Source: Lama glama
Lineage: Eukaryota
Assembly: GCA_028534125.1 (NCBI GenBank)
Contig: CM052816.1
Span: 6,822,001 to 6,886,000, forward strand
Length of the DNA: 64,000 nt
Direction of reading: 5' to 3'
The position numbers and the translations under genes are program-made. This document shows, piece by piece, positions 23,860 through 36,220 of the stretch; position 1 is the stretch's first letter, and each line of letters starts with the position of its first letter. The notes under the pieces were generated by a model. That model ran no database searches and was not told where the DNA came from. It saw only the letters and a list, made by a program, of their open reading frames with translations.

Positions 23860-26650
23860 AGGGGTTCATAATCAGATGCCTAAAAGGTCCAGCCAGAAAA
23901 GTGATGGAGTAAAGCCAGCTGGGAGTAAGTAAAACAATATGCCAGGCATATTTTTAATGACTACATTTGACTCCCAGAAAACCAATAGAGTGATGAGGCC
24001 TGAGGTAAACTGGAACATTACTGCCCTATCTAATGAGGGTAGAAATTTCCCAGCTCCAGCCAATCATGGCTCAGCTTATACCTAACTTTACACCTCAAAG
24101 AATAAAAAACAAATAACAAACTAAGCCAAAAGGTAACAGAAGGAAGGAAATCACAAAGCTCAAGAGCAGAAATAAATGAAAGACAGACTAAGAAAGACAA
24201 AAGAAAGGATCAATGAAACTAAGAGCTGATTTTATTTTTGAAAAATAAACAAAACAGACAAACCTTTATACCTACCCAGAAAGATGACCCAAATAAATAA
24301 GATTAGAAGTGAAAGAGGTGATATTATAACTGATATAATACAGATACAAAGAATCATAAGAGATTACTATGAATAATTATATGCCAAAAAATTGGACAAC
24401 CAAGAAAAAAACTGACAAATTCTTATAAACATACAACCCACCAAGACTGAATCATGAAGAAATACAAAACCAAAATAGACTAATTGTCAGTAAGGAGACT
24501 GAATCAGTAATCAAAGACCTCCCAACAAAACAAAACCCACAACCAGATGGTTTCACTGGTAAATTCTATCAAATTTAAAATTTCATTATTAAATTTCATC
24601 ATTAACTTTATTATAAAATTCTATCAAATTTAATAATAAAAAATTACCAATCCTTCTCAAACTCTTACAAAAAATAGAAGAGGAGGGAACACTTCCAAAC
24701 ACATATTTCAAGGCCAGTATTATCACGATACCAAAGCTAAGCAAGGACACTATTAAGAAAAAGAAATTACAGGCCTGTATCCCTGATGAACATATATACA
24801 AAAATCCTCAACAAAATTTTAGCAATTTGAATTCAATAGTACATTAAAAGGATCATACACCATGATCAAGTGGGATTTACTCCAGGGATTCAAGGATGGT
24901 TCAACATTCATAAATCAATAAATGTGATAAACTATCTCAACAAATTAAGATAAAAATTATATGATGATCTTAATAGATGCAGAAAAAGCATTTGAAAAAA
25001 CTCAACATCCTTTCATAGTAAAAATTCTGAACAACTTGAGTATAGAGGAAAGGTATTTCAACATAATAAAGACCATCTATGACAAATATACAGCTAATAT
25101 CACAATCACAGTGAAAGGCTAAAAGCTTTTCTCCTAAGATCAGGAACCAGGATGCCAACTCTCAAGACTTTTATTCAACAGACTACTGGAAGTTGTAGCC
25201 TGGGCAACTAGGCAAGAAAAAGAAATAAAAAGCATCCAAATTGGAAATGAAGAAGTTAAGCTATCTCTATTTATAGATAACATGGTATTATATATAGAAA
25301 ACCCTAAAGTTTCCCCTCAAAAACTGAAAAAACTAAACTAGTAAAACTAATACACAAAAAACTAATAAATGGTTTCAGTAAAGTTGCAGGATAGAAAATC
25401 AATATATAAAAATCAATTGCATTTCTATATACTAACAACAAACCATCAAAAAGAGAAAATTAGAAAATAACCCCATTCACAGTAGCATCAAACAGAACTC
25501 ACGCAAGTCAATAGCAAAAATATAAACAATCTGATTTTAAAATGGGCAGAGGAACTGAATAGACATTTTTATAAAGACATACAAATGGCCAACAAGCACA
25601 TAGAAAGGTGCTCAGTATCACTATTAGGAAAATGTAAATCAAAACCATAATGAGGTATCACCTCACATCTGTTAGAATGGCCATTATAAAAAGACAAAAG
25701 ATAATAAGTGTTGAGGAGGAAGTAAAGAAAAGGAAACCCTTGTGCACTGTTGGTGGGAATGTAAATTGGTACAGTCACTATGTAAAACAGTATGGAAGTT
25801 CCTCAAAAAAATTAAAAATAGAACTATCATATATGGTTCATTGCAGCATTACTTGTAAAAGCCAAGATACGGAAACAAGCTTAGTATCCATCAACAGATG
25901 AATAAAGATACAATGTGTATGTGTGTATATATATATGTAGATATCTATTATTCAGCCTTAAGAAAAGAAGATATCCTGCCATTTTTGACAACATGGATAG
26001 ACCCTGAGGGCATTATACTAAATGAAATAAGTCAGAGAAAAACAAATATTGTATGATTTCACTTATATGTGGAATCTAAAAAAAGCCAAACTTACAGAAA
26101 CAGAGACTAGAATGGTGGTTACCATGGCTGCGAGTGGATGTAAAGGGGAGATACTGGTCAGAGTACAAACTTTCAGTTGTAACATAAATAAGTTCCAGGA
26201 ATCAAATATACTATATAGTGATTATAGTTAATAATACTCTATTACATACTTTAAAGTTACTGAGAGAGTCAACCTTAAGTATTCTCGGCACAAAAAACAA
26301 ACGGCAATCATATGATGTAATACAGGTGCTAACTAATGCTATGGTGGTAATCATTTTGCAATATATAAATATATCAAATCAACACATTGTACATTTTAAA
26401 CTTACACCGTATTATATGTCAATGATAGCTCAATAAATCTGGAAAAAACAATCATGGCCCAGCTTGAAGGCAGGTTCAGGATTGCCAGAGCTTCTGAATG
26501 AAGTGAACCCAGCAATGAAGGTATCTATATGAAAATTTATATGAAATATTCTGATAATCAAATCCAATAACTTTTTCAACATGCTACAGACTAAACAATA
26601 TGTTTCTGTGTGCCAAAGCTAGCATGATAGTGGCTAGTTTTAAGCCTTTA
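23860..26650 (+). mobile_element. MER102-like element split by an L1 insertion (halves about 23860-24077 and 26449-26650)
   Basis: Left half gatgcctaaaaggtccagcc...cagctccagccaat and right half ttgccagagcttctga...ttttatatgaaat parallel the copy at 1095-1422. Confidence 0.55.
24078..26448 (+). mobile_element. 5'-truncated L1 (L1MA-type): ORF2 RT region, 3'UTR and target-site duplication
   Basis: ORF2 sequence including [13 protein letters not shown]; 3' end ctcaataaatctggaaaaaa; 17-bp TSD caatcatggc(t/c)cagctt at 24061-24077 and 26449-26465. Confidence 0.92.
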
Positions 26651-26894
26651 TTTTAATTTCTTTACTCCTTATACATAAGAGTCTCCCCTTCTCCACTGCT
26701 GATTACAAGCCTACCCCTTCATAACCTGAAAATGTAGTACAATGCTAAGAAAAATGTCTCCTGGTTGCATTTTTAAAAAATAATATATTAGGGGAAAATG
26801 CTATAAAATTTGGGACAAAAACAAGTCTACTAAATACAATAGGTCTAGTAATCTCTATCAGGCTAGTATCATGAGAGATAAATGGTCTATGAGG

Positions 26895-27140
26895 AACAGC
26901 CTAGTACAATGCCAAAGGGCAGCAGAGCCCCGGGTCAGATGGCTCTGTCATTTATTAGCTGTGTTACCCCAAGTGGGTTACTTCATCCTCTGAGACCCAT
27001 TTTCCTCATCTGAAAAATGAGGACTAATGGTGTCTACCTGCCTTCCTTCAAAGTGGTTGTGGAAATGAAATCAAATTGAAAATACATTAACCCACTTTCA
27101 AAATTGTAAAATGATGTAAAAATGTAAGGAATTATTACTA
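26895..27140 (+). mobile_element. MIR SINE
   Basis: ggctctgtcatttattagctgtgttacc...ttttcctcatctgaaaaatgagga core. Confidence 0.75.
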
Positions 27141-27589
27141 ATGTCAAGTTTCTGGGTTAATAAAAATTTAAATTAAAAAATTACAAATTAAGTGCCTTTT
27201 TAAAGTGCATGCCTACTATCCATTGCCAGAACTTAGAAAATAATTCTTTTAAAAAATGTGCATCCCTCTTGGGTCCAGAAATTCTATTACTAAAAAATTA
27301 GCCTGAGGAAGTAAATTTCCTTTAGCTACCTCCATGAAATACTTGTAATAAGACCACAAAATTCTTAAGTTCCCATGAAGGACAGGTATCAATTACTACT
27401 ATACAATGAAAAGGAAATCACTTACTTAAATGCAGTGTGGTGCAGTGGCAAGTATACTGGCTTAGAAATCACTAAACCAGGGTTCCAGTCCTGGGTCATC
27501 TGCCAACTCACTGAGGAAGTTTGGCCACCAGTTAAACTCCATCCGTACAGGAAAAGGTTGATCTCAGTGGTTCCTAGGTTCTCTCTCAC

Positions 27590-28170
27590 GATAGCCTCCT
27601 AATTGCCTGCCCTCTTTACCTATTCTCTATCCAGTAGCCAAACCAGATCAGGTCACTTTCCTGCTTCAAATCTCTCTGCAGATGTCTTCATGGTTTGCAT
27701 ACAGACAATAGTGCTTAAAATGGCCTCTGCCCTCATTTCCAACCTCCTGTCCCCTTACTCACTCCATAGAAGCCCCATCACCTCCTTCCAGTCTGTCAGG
27801 TGCAGGTCAGCTTTTGCACCAGTTGTTTATTCTTCCCAGAAGCACCTCCTCCCTCGACCATTAAACTGATATTGTATACCAAGTAAACTCCTACTCATCT
27901 GTGAAACCTCCAAATAAAAATCCCTTCATCAGAGAGGCTTTCCCAGTTATTCCGATCTAAAAAATTCTCTTTTAGGACCCTATAGTTCTCTCCATAGTAC
28001 ACCATAGCTTATAATTAGAGTTCCTTGGGTGGTTGTTTGCTTAAAGACTGTCCCCTGCTCACACGGTCCCCAGAGGTTGGTGTCTTGTCTGCTTTGTCTA
28101 CCACATACAACCAGCGTGTCCCTGCCTGACTTATAGTAGGTGCTCAGTGCTCAGGAAGCAGTTAATTAAC
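27590..28170 (+). mobile_element. L2 3' fragment
   Basis: cctactcatctgtgaaacctcc...atagtaggtgctcag L2 terminus. Confidence 0.65.
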
Positions 28171-28431
28171 TAACTCCCAGCTAAATAATGATGCGACCAT
28201 CGTTGAGTTTCCAGAGCATAGAGGTAGGAACATAGCAGACAGGGCAAATGGATTATAATACAGGACAGGTCTAGGGGACAAAGAAGAGGCGCTGGCAAGA
28301 AAAGGGTCTTGGCTTAAGGACAGAGAATATCAAGAGCAAGACATGAATGCAGAAAGGTCCATGAAGTGCATTTGCAAAGCTGGGCAGTGTCCCTTTACAC
28401 AGTATCTTGGGTGGACACTGTGCATGTGTGG

Positions 28432-28432
<1 letters not shown>

Positions 28433-28466
<34 letters not shown>
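28433..28466. repeat. (TG)17 microsatellite
   Basis: Read directly from the sequence. Confidence 0.97.
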
Positions 28467-28468
<2 letters not shown>

Positions 28469-29174
28469 GGGAGTGGAGGACAGACTTGCTCTGTTCTGGC
28501 AAAGCTGAGTCGTCCCACCGGCTTCTGGCACTGCCACCACCTCTGATTGGCACCTGCACCCTGCACCTCTGGAATGCAGTGGGTGTTGGCAGGCAGGGCC
28601 TCACTATTGCATGCTCGCCCCGCTGTGCTGCACTGCAGCCGCTGCGGTCTGATGTGCTGAGTCCTGGCAGGGCAAAGGCATCCTAATCCAACTGTCTCTC
28701 TGATGTGCCAGTTTTCACCCTGAGATGGGACCCACCAAACAAAAGCCACCTGTTCGCACTGTCACTCACGGCCTCCTGGTGGTAACAACACTATTTCAGT
28801 GTAGCCAATGGTGTCTGGGAGGCCACGAACCAGCCTCTGACAACCTGTCCCAGGGCAGTGCAGCAGCAAGGGAGAAACCATGACCTCGATCCTCTACACT
28901 GACAATAGGAAGCCAATACCTAGAATGAGGTCAACAGGGAATATTTGCTCAAAGTATTATTTTTACTTGAGAAATTTTTTCCTTTATTTTTCACGTAATT
29001 TTTATTATCACTGATCAAGGTCCTGTATGAATATGCAAACTGTGAATGGATATAAACATGTTACGTATCAATGATGTGTCTGTACTGAACCCCATTTTGC
29101 ATTTGACCATTTCTAAAGCTCCATTGCATGCTTTCTCCTTTGAGTGTCACAGCAATCCTGTGAGGCCAATGGAC

Positions 29175-29640
29175 ATCATATTAATTTCCTGGGGCTGCTG
29201 TAACAAATTATTACTCACTTGGTGCCTTCAAAACAAAATAAATGTATTTTCTCACAGTTCTGGAGACCAGCAGTCTGAAACCTAACAGGGTGATACTCCC
29301 TTTGGAGGCCTCTAGCAAAGAGTCTGCTCCTTGCCTCTTCCAGCTTCTGGTGGCTGCAGGCATTCCTGAGCTGCTAGCTGCATGCAGCATTCCAATCTCT
29401 GCCTCCATCTGCAGATGGCCACCTTCCCTGTGTGTTGAATCTCCCCCTGCTTCTCTCTTCTAAGGACATTTGTGATTGCATTTACAGTCCCTTGGATAAT
29501 CCAGCATAATCTCCTCTTCTGAAGATCCTTAACTTAATTACATCAGCAAAAATCCCTTTTCCAAAGAAGGCAACATTCCCAGGTTCCAAGGATTTGATGA
29601 GAATGTCTTCTAGGGGTGCTATTTTTCAGCCAACGATAGA
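29175..29640 (-). mobile_element. MLT1C/D-like MaLR solo LTR inserted in a MIR
   Basis: ggggctgctgtaacaaatt...ctcacagttctggagaccag...cttaacttaattacatcagcaaa; MIR halves at about 29110-29175 and 29650-29760. Confidence 0.8.
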
Positions 29641-31344
29641 CATGTCTGACTGTTGCCATTTCACAGATAAGCAAACTAAGGTGAAAGACGTACCCATGGT
29701 CACACAGCTAGTAACAGAGACAACGTGAAAACCAATTCTTAACACTAAACTCAGGACACTTCAGCTCTATCAGGTGGCCTCCCAAATGTCCCTCTGAAAG
29801 AGAGGGAAAAAAAAAAACTCTCTAGGTCTCAAAGACAGCTCAGTCTATGTGGGGAGTTCTGGGATCTCCCAGATACACCCAAAGTCAAGTGACTTGCCCA
29901 AGGACCAGTTGGTGACTGAGCTACCAAGGGAGCCAAGCCCTGGAGGCCAACTGGATGGAGAAGCTTCCTGATGTGAGGCCTCCTTGGTCGGTCACTCCAC
30001 AAGGGCCATCCCTGCCACAGCCCTCCAACTGGGGTTCTTGCACCCAAAGACAGTAGGATCCATCAATGAAGACTTTCTGGAAGCAACAAAACTGCAAGCC
30101 AAACCCACAAGGGACAGAAATCTATGAAGTAGCAGGGCTATTCATGTTTATGAAGAGTCTATGAAGACTTCATAGTCGATGTCTATGATGAGGAGGGCAC
30201 ACGTTTGAGGGAGGCAGAAGCTTAAGGCCTGGACAGGAAACAGGACCAGACTGACTGGACTAGAAGACTTCAACTGAAGGTTCTGTAGGGAAAATGTGTG
30301 CTTCAGCACAAAACTCTGCATTGTTCACAGCACACCCTTCCACCTTATCTGATCTGACTGTGGGAATTATTTTTACTCTGCAAATTGTAGATAACTGAAA
30401 ACAGTGCAAGATAATTCTTGCCTATAGATGTGCAAATGAATTGTGGGGAACAACCCTCCCCACCCTGAGGGAAAAAACTCATTTTGTCTCTATTTGCAAA
30501 TTCATTTCAATATTCCTGATTTCTAAATGCTTCTGTTCTTTGAATTCTCCTTTGAACTGGCTGTAATATCACAGCTGTTTCCTCATTAAATAAGTTAAGT
30601 AAGATCTTTAACACGAGCTAATTTTTAATCTATATGAGAGTCATGATTTTATCTTTTAATTTTCTTTTAACAGTTCGTAGGAGAGCGTTCTGAATGGCCA
30701 GAGCCAGAAACTACCTTCAAGCTCATCTACTTCAATACGTTTTATTGATGAGGAGACTGAGGCTCAGAGAGGGGAAAGGACTTGTCTGAGGATCCAGGGA
30801 TGGGGGCAGCAGAACCTGAGCCAGTGCATGGCCCTGGGTAAACAGTCCCACAGAGCAGGATTCCTATCCAAACTAGCCCCTAAAAAGTGTGTGACTCAGG
30901 CAAGTCACTTACCTAAAAGAGCTCCAGTTTCCCCATCAATTATCTACTTCATATCATCCACTCACACTAGGATGCCTTGAGGGTCAAATGAGATTATGCA
31001 CGTAAAGCAGTAAGAAAGGATCTCCAGAAGTGCTCAACAAAGGTCAGATAACAAGAGTTTTGCTACCCAGTCCTGAGGTGGTAGCAGGGAAGAAGGGTTG
31101 TGCTCAAGGTGATCCTGAGAAGTAACTGAATTTTACATCTGTCTTATAGTAGATTATCATGTCAGTATTTCATCATAACTCACTCTCTACCCAACAGAAG
31201 GACAGATATACTGAGGACAGGGATTATCATCTTCTCTTGGATAAATACTCTCTATACGCTTGGGTACTGAGCTAAATGCTTTACATACATCATCTCATTT
31301 AATCCTCACTAAACCTAAGGGGATAGGTAATATTATTTGGTTCC

Positions 31345-32128
31345 TATAGCAAAGACTGGTGGCTACCTATTCAATATCCAATATCCTTTTCTTCTTTACT
31401 AAGTAAACTCCAGTTTTACTAGGAGCTGCAAAGGACTCAGACAAAATATTCTATCTCTCAACATCTCCTGCAGGTAGGAGTGGTCATATAGCCAAGTTCT
31501 GGTCTTGAGATGTAAGAAGTTTGTGAGCAAGGTTTCTGAGAAACATTCTTTTAAAAGGACTAACTTAGTTAACAGGTATTTTCCTCTCCATGTTTCCTGT
31601 ATATTCCTGCAAAAAAAAAAAAACTTGCATGTGATAGCTGGAGATGAAGCAGCCATGTTGTGACCATGCATCAAGAATGAAGAAAGTAGGGGGACAGGGT
31701 ATAGCTCAAATGGTAGAGAGCATGCTTAGCATACACAAGGTCCTGGGTTCAATCCCCAGTACCTCCTCTAAAAATAAATACATAAGTAAACCTAATTACC
31801 TCCCCACCTCCAGAAAGAAGAAGAAAGAAGACGGAAGAGAGGGAAGAGGAAGGAGGAGAAGAAGGAGAAGCAGAAGTAGAAGAAATAAAGAAGAAGAAGA
31901 AGAAATAAAGAAGAAGAAGAAATAAAGTAGCCATGCACTAAGGATGGCAAATAACAAAGGTAGAAGGATCCTGAGTCACTGTGAGACTGTGTAACTGCCA
32001 TACAAGTCTTGGTCTGCCTATTCATGGACCTCTATAAGTGATGGAAAAATAAAACCCTAATTTGTTCAAGTCACTCTTTGGGGGATTTTTTTCCTCTTCC
32101 TACAAGCTGGGTGTAATTTCTAACTACA
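31345..32128 (+). mobile_element. MLT1J-like MaLR LTR (contains a SINE; itself inside a MIR)
   Basis: tagccaagttctgg...gctggagatgaagcagccatgttgtgaccatg...ctaaggatggca...aaataaaaccctaatttgttcaag. Confidence 0.7.
31690..31923 (+). mobile_element. Camelid tRNA-Ala-derived SINE (vic-1 type) with expanded GAA/GGA tail
   Basis: tRNA-like head with Pol III A box (tagctcaaatgg), B box (ggttcaatccc) and AGC anticodon loop; body aaacctaattacctcccc; TSD aaagtag at 31683-31689 and 31924-31930. Confidence 0.88.
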
Positions 32129-33494
32129 CCCCTATTTTCCAGTTGTGAAAATTTCACCTCTGAGAACTAAAAAGACTGCCCAAGGTCACATATGTAGTAA
32201 AACTAAGACCTGACAGTGTTACGAGGTGGTCTAAATCATTCAGCTACACTGCCTTCCTGGAGGCATGCAGGACTATGTTGGATACTTTGTGCCCAACACA
32301 CTTCTACTCATTGGGTAGTTGATTTGTTGTTGTAAAGCTGGCCAAAGTTCATCTTTCCCTTTTCTTGCATCTAAACTAGAATTCTTTGGGGATTGTAGAT
32401 ATTAAAGAGTCCATTATCAGAATCTGGACTGGGAGACAGGATCTCAATTTCTCCACATGTGCAAGAAAAAGCTCAAACTAAGTGATCTGTAGAGCCTGAA
32501 TGTCATTGTAGAATATCAGCTCTGACATTCTGCAAGCTAATGTCAGATCGGAATACAGTTTTGTAAGTCACCAGCCAGGAGGGTTGCTCTGACATCTCCG
32601 AGTCCTACCCTGACTTAGTCAATGCATGAATCTCCTGTACAGCATCCTATGACTGACTGCCCCTTTTTCACTTACATTCTTCCAATTCTTTTAATCAGTT
32701 CCAAATTCTCCATTTAGAGTTGTACCAGTTGAGTCATTCAATATGTTTACTGAATGAATGAATGAATTACAGTCATTACAACATTTGAATTACATTCAAA
32801 TATAACCAAATTTATACAGGGACAGCTCTAAGTAAAAGGAAGCTCTATATCATAAAACTTTCAAATTCACATTTAAAATAATTACATCAGTAACAGAAAT
32901 TACCACTCATCAAGTGATTATTAGACACCAAGCACTATACTAATCCCTTAACATGCATCCTCTCATGGAGCTGAAATTTGCCTGCCTATGGTTTTAACCC
33001 ACTGGTCATAATTCTACCCTAAAAGCTACCATTTGAGGCCTTGCTATATTCCTGGCACCTTGCTACATCCTTTACATAACTTCTCTCATTTAATACCTTC
33101 AACAGATCTATGAGGTAGATATCATCATCTCCACTTACTAATAAAGAGAGATCAGGGAAGCTAAATAACTAGCACAAGAAGACAGTAAATTGGAGTGTCT
33201 GGATTAAAAACCAGGATTGTTAATACAAAAGCTCATATACTTAATCACAGTGCAGTGCCTCATCCCAGTGACTAAGAGGCATCAGTGCTCTGCTCTAGTG
33301 GAATAATTCAACTAAGGATGTCAACTAAGGCCTACAAGAAGTCTGTGCTTTCAGACACCCCCGGTAGCAAAGTGAGAACAGGAAGGGCAGTGAGAGCTGT
33401 TCACTTTACCACCTTCCCCTCGGGCCTGGAGGTGCTGTCTGAAGGCTCCAGTGGGCTCCTCTCCAGAGCAGCCCCACCCTCCAGGATTCTCCAT

Positions 33495-33508
33495 CCTGTA
33501 GGTGGCAG
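33495..33508 (+). promoter_or_regulatory. Possible CTCF site
   Basis: CCTGTAGGTGGCAG, one mismatch to CCASYAGRKGGCRS. Confidence 0.35.
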
Positions 33509-33704
33509 AGCCAGAGAAGCCTGCCTGGACTTGAACAAGAGAATCCCGACCCATGTAATCCTATCAAGTCTGACAGCCTCACTAAGGGCCAGAGACAGGA
33601 GTCTGGCCCTCTTTCCACCTGGAAGCACTGAAGCCAACACACACTCGCACCTGAAAGGTCCTTTCACTTCTCCCCGACTCTGGTTCCACTTTACTGTTAC
33701 ATCA

Positions 33705-34167
33705 AACCAGCAGACTGCAAACATTTTTGGTCCGAGGACTGCTTGACATTCTTTGAAATCAATGAAGATCCCAAAGGGTTTTGGTTTGCATAGGTTATAT
33801 CTATCAATATTGACTAAATTAGAAATTCAAACAGAACTAAAAAAAATTATTTATGATAAGACAACCCAACAATAAACCCATTAACAGAAATAACATATTT
33901 TCATGGAAAGTAACTATGTTTTCCAAAGCAGACACACAAAAATACTGGAAGCACAGTATTGTTTTACTTTTTAACAAATCTTTTTAATGTTTGGCTTAAT
34001 AGAAGACAGCTGGATTCTTGTATCTGCTTCTACATTCAGTCTGTTGCAATATCCTAAGTCATATTACCTCTGGAAAATTCATCTGTTCACCCATGAGGGA
34101 CTGAGAGTCAGAAAGGCAAATAATGAAAACAGTTTTGTCCCCAGACCATAATTTGAGAATTTCTGCC
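33705..34167. mobile_element. Charlie1-like hAT DNA transposon deletion derivative
   Basis: tttttggtccgaggac...gttatatctatcaatatt...ggcttaatagaagacagctggattct...cagaccataatttgagaa. Confidence 0.75.
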
Positions 34168-34349
34168 CTGAGCCAATCACTAACACGTACGCTACATGCT
34201 TTCCTGCTGCTCCTGGGCTACTCTGAGCATTCTAGCCAGACCCACCTTAACTGTGACCTCATGATGTAGTCTCTGATTTGGCATCCCTGTACCCACAGGC
34301 TGAGAAAATTCTCCAGCTTTTTTGAATCCTAAAAGTTCTTTGTGGTTTT

Positions 34350-34765
34350 TTGTATTTTTTTCAGTTAAAATATAGTTGATTTACAATGCTGTGTTAGTTT
34401 CAGATGTACAGCAAAGTAATTCAGAGATAGACAGATACAGATATAGATATATAGATATAGATATACACTATTCTTTTTCAGATTCTTTTCCATTACAGGT
34501 TACTACAAGATATTGAATACAGTTCCCTCCTGTGATATACAGTAAGTTCTTGTTGTTTATCTATTTTATATATAGCAGTTTGTATCTGCTAATCCCAGAC
34601 TCCTAATTTATTCCCCTCCAACCCCTTTCCCCTTTGGTAACCATAAATTTATTTTCTATGTCTATGAGTCTGTTTCTGTTTTGTAAATAAGTTAATTTGT
34701 ATCATTTTTTTTAGATTCCACCTATAAGTGATATTGTGTAATATTTGTCTTTCTCTGTCTGATTC
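34350..34765 (-). mobile_element. L1 3'UTR fragment (artiodactyl-type)
   Basis: Reverse complement of the same 3'UTR type seen at 54750-55330 and 60909-61562; internal (GATATA)n. Confidence 0.85.
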
Positions 34766-35439
34766 GTTAAAATCCTTTGTTTTTACTTCTTGTGTTTTAC
34801 ACATCACTTTCTAGTTTTCAGGGGAGTCATTTGTGGCCACTTTTTATGCCTCTACTCTGGTGTCAAAACAGAAACTGAATCTCACTCAAAGTCACCTCTC
34901 TCTTAAATGCAGCAAATAGTACAGTATCCACGGGAAACATTTACTCAATTTTATGCCAAGAACACCCTGTAAAACTGAGACTAGAATAATAAAAGCATGG
35001 ACATATAGTCAGATACACCTGAATTCAGTTCTTTACTCTGCTACATCCTACTTGTGTGATTTAGAACAACTTTCTTAACCTTTGAGCTTGTTTCGACTAC
35101 TGAAAAACAGGGCTGAATAATAGACTTACTCCATAGTTTTAATGTGAGAATGTAGTCATTTAACACAATGCTGGGCACAGTAAATGCTCAATAACTGCTA
35201 TTATTTCTGTATAGCCAATCCATCAATGACTCCAGAGTGACACAAGACACAGGTGAAACCTGAGGGTGAGAGGTGGTATAAAACTCACTGCCAAGGGATT
35301 CTACTCTGCACCCTTTATGGCTCAGACTCAAGGATTCTTCTCAAGCACAGACACTTCCTTGTATCTCCTTTCAGGTCTTCCCTGACGGGCTCCTCCCCAA
35401 GATTCTCTGTCAGCAGCTATCACCACCTGCTTAGTCCCT

Positions 35440-36220
35440 TAGGGTACACCTGTCATTCTACTTGCAGGGCCTCTCATATCCATGATGCTACTCCACCTTC
35501 ACTGCCCTACCCATTCCAAACCACCACACTTTCTCACCACACTACTACAACAGCTTTTGATTTCTATCTCCTTCCTCTAGACCCTTTCAATTCATTCTTC
35601 TCTTGGTAGCCAGAATGAGCCTTATCGATGGTCTTTTTGAATCCACTGCTCAGAACTTTTTAATAACTTCCCATTGCTCATAGAATAAACTCCCAAATCC
35701 TTACCATAGCCCACAAAGTCCTTTGTGATCTGGGCCCTCCTCAGCTCCCCACCCCATTTCACAACATTCTCCCCACCCTGCCTCTGCTCACCATGCTTCA
35801 GACATACTGTTTTCTTTCTACTCCAAGAAACTGCCAAGCTCTCTTACACCTCCAAACCTTTGTGTTGGTTGCCCTCCTGTCACAAGTGCTCTTCGGATAA
35901 TGCCTTATATGGTTGGCTCATTATCAGCCTTCACCTCTCAGTTCAAATGTACATCTTCACAAAGGACCTCAATAACCACCCTGTTCAACACAGCCTCACT
36001 GGTGACCCTCTCACTCATCACACTACTTCTCTCACGTGACTTCGGATAAGATATAATTATTTACTTGTTGAGTTATTGTGTGTCTTCCTTATTAGCACAT
36101 AATCTCCACAAGGCAGAAAGTCTAGGCTTTTTCATCACTGTGTAACAACACTAAAGATGGCACTCCGCACATGTAGGTACCCAATAAATATGAAATACAT
36201 ACTGAGTAAGTGAATTACTT
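35440..36220 (+). mobile_element. L2 3' fragment
   Basis: cccattgctcatagaataaactcccaaatccttaccatagcccacaaagtcc...gtaggtacccaataaata. Confidence 0.75.

Noticed and set aside
28641..28661. RE1/REST-like motif
   Set aside because: Only about 14 of 21 positions match, with mismatches in both conserved halves
31690..31768. Apparent tRNA-Ala(AGC) gene (also 62745-62823 on the minus strand)
   Set aside because: The tRNA-like head continues into a shared non-tRNA body and A-rich tail, and the stems are mismatched: SINE, not a tRNA gene
33285..33746. 153-aa ORF
   Set aside because: No recognisable product; ends inside a Charlie element
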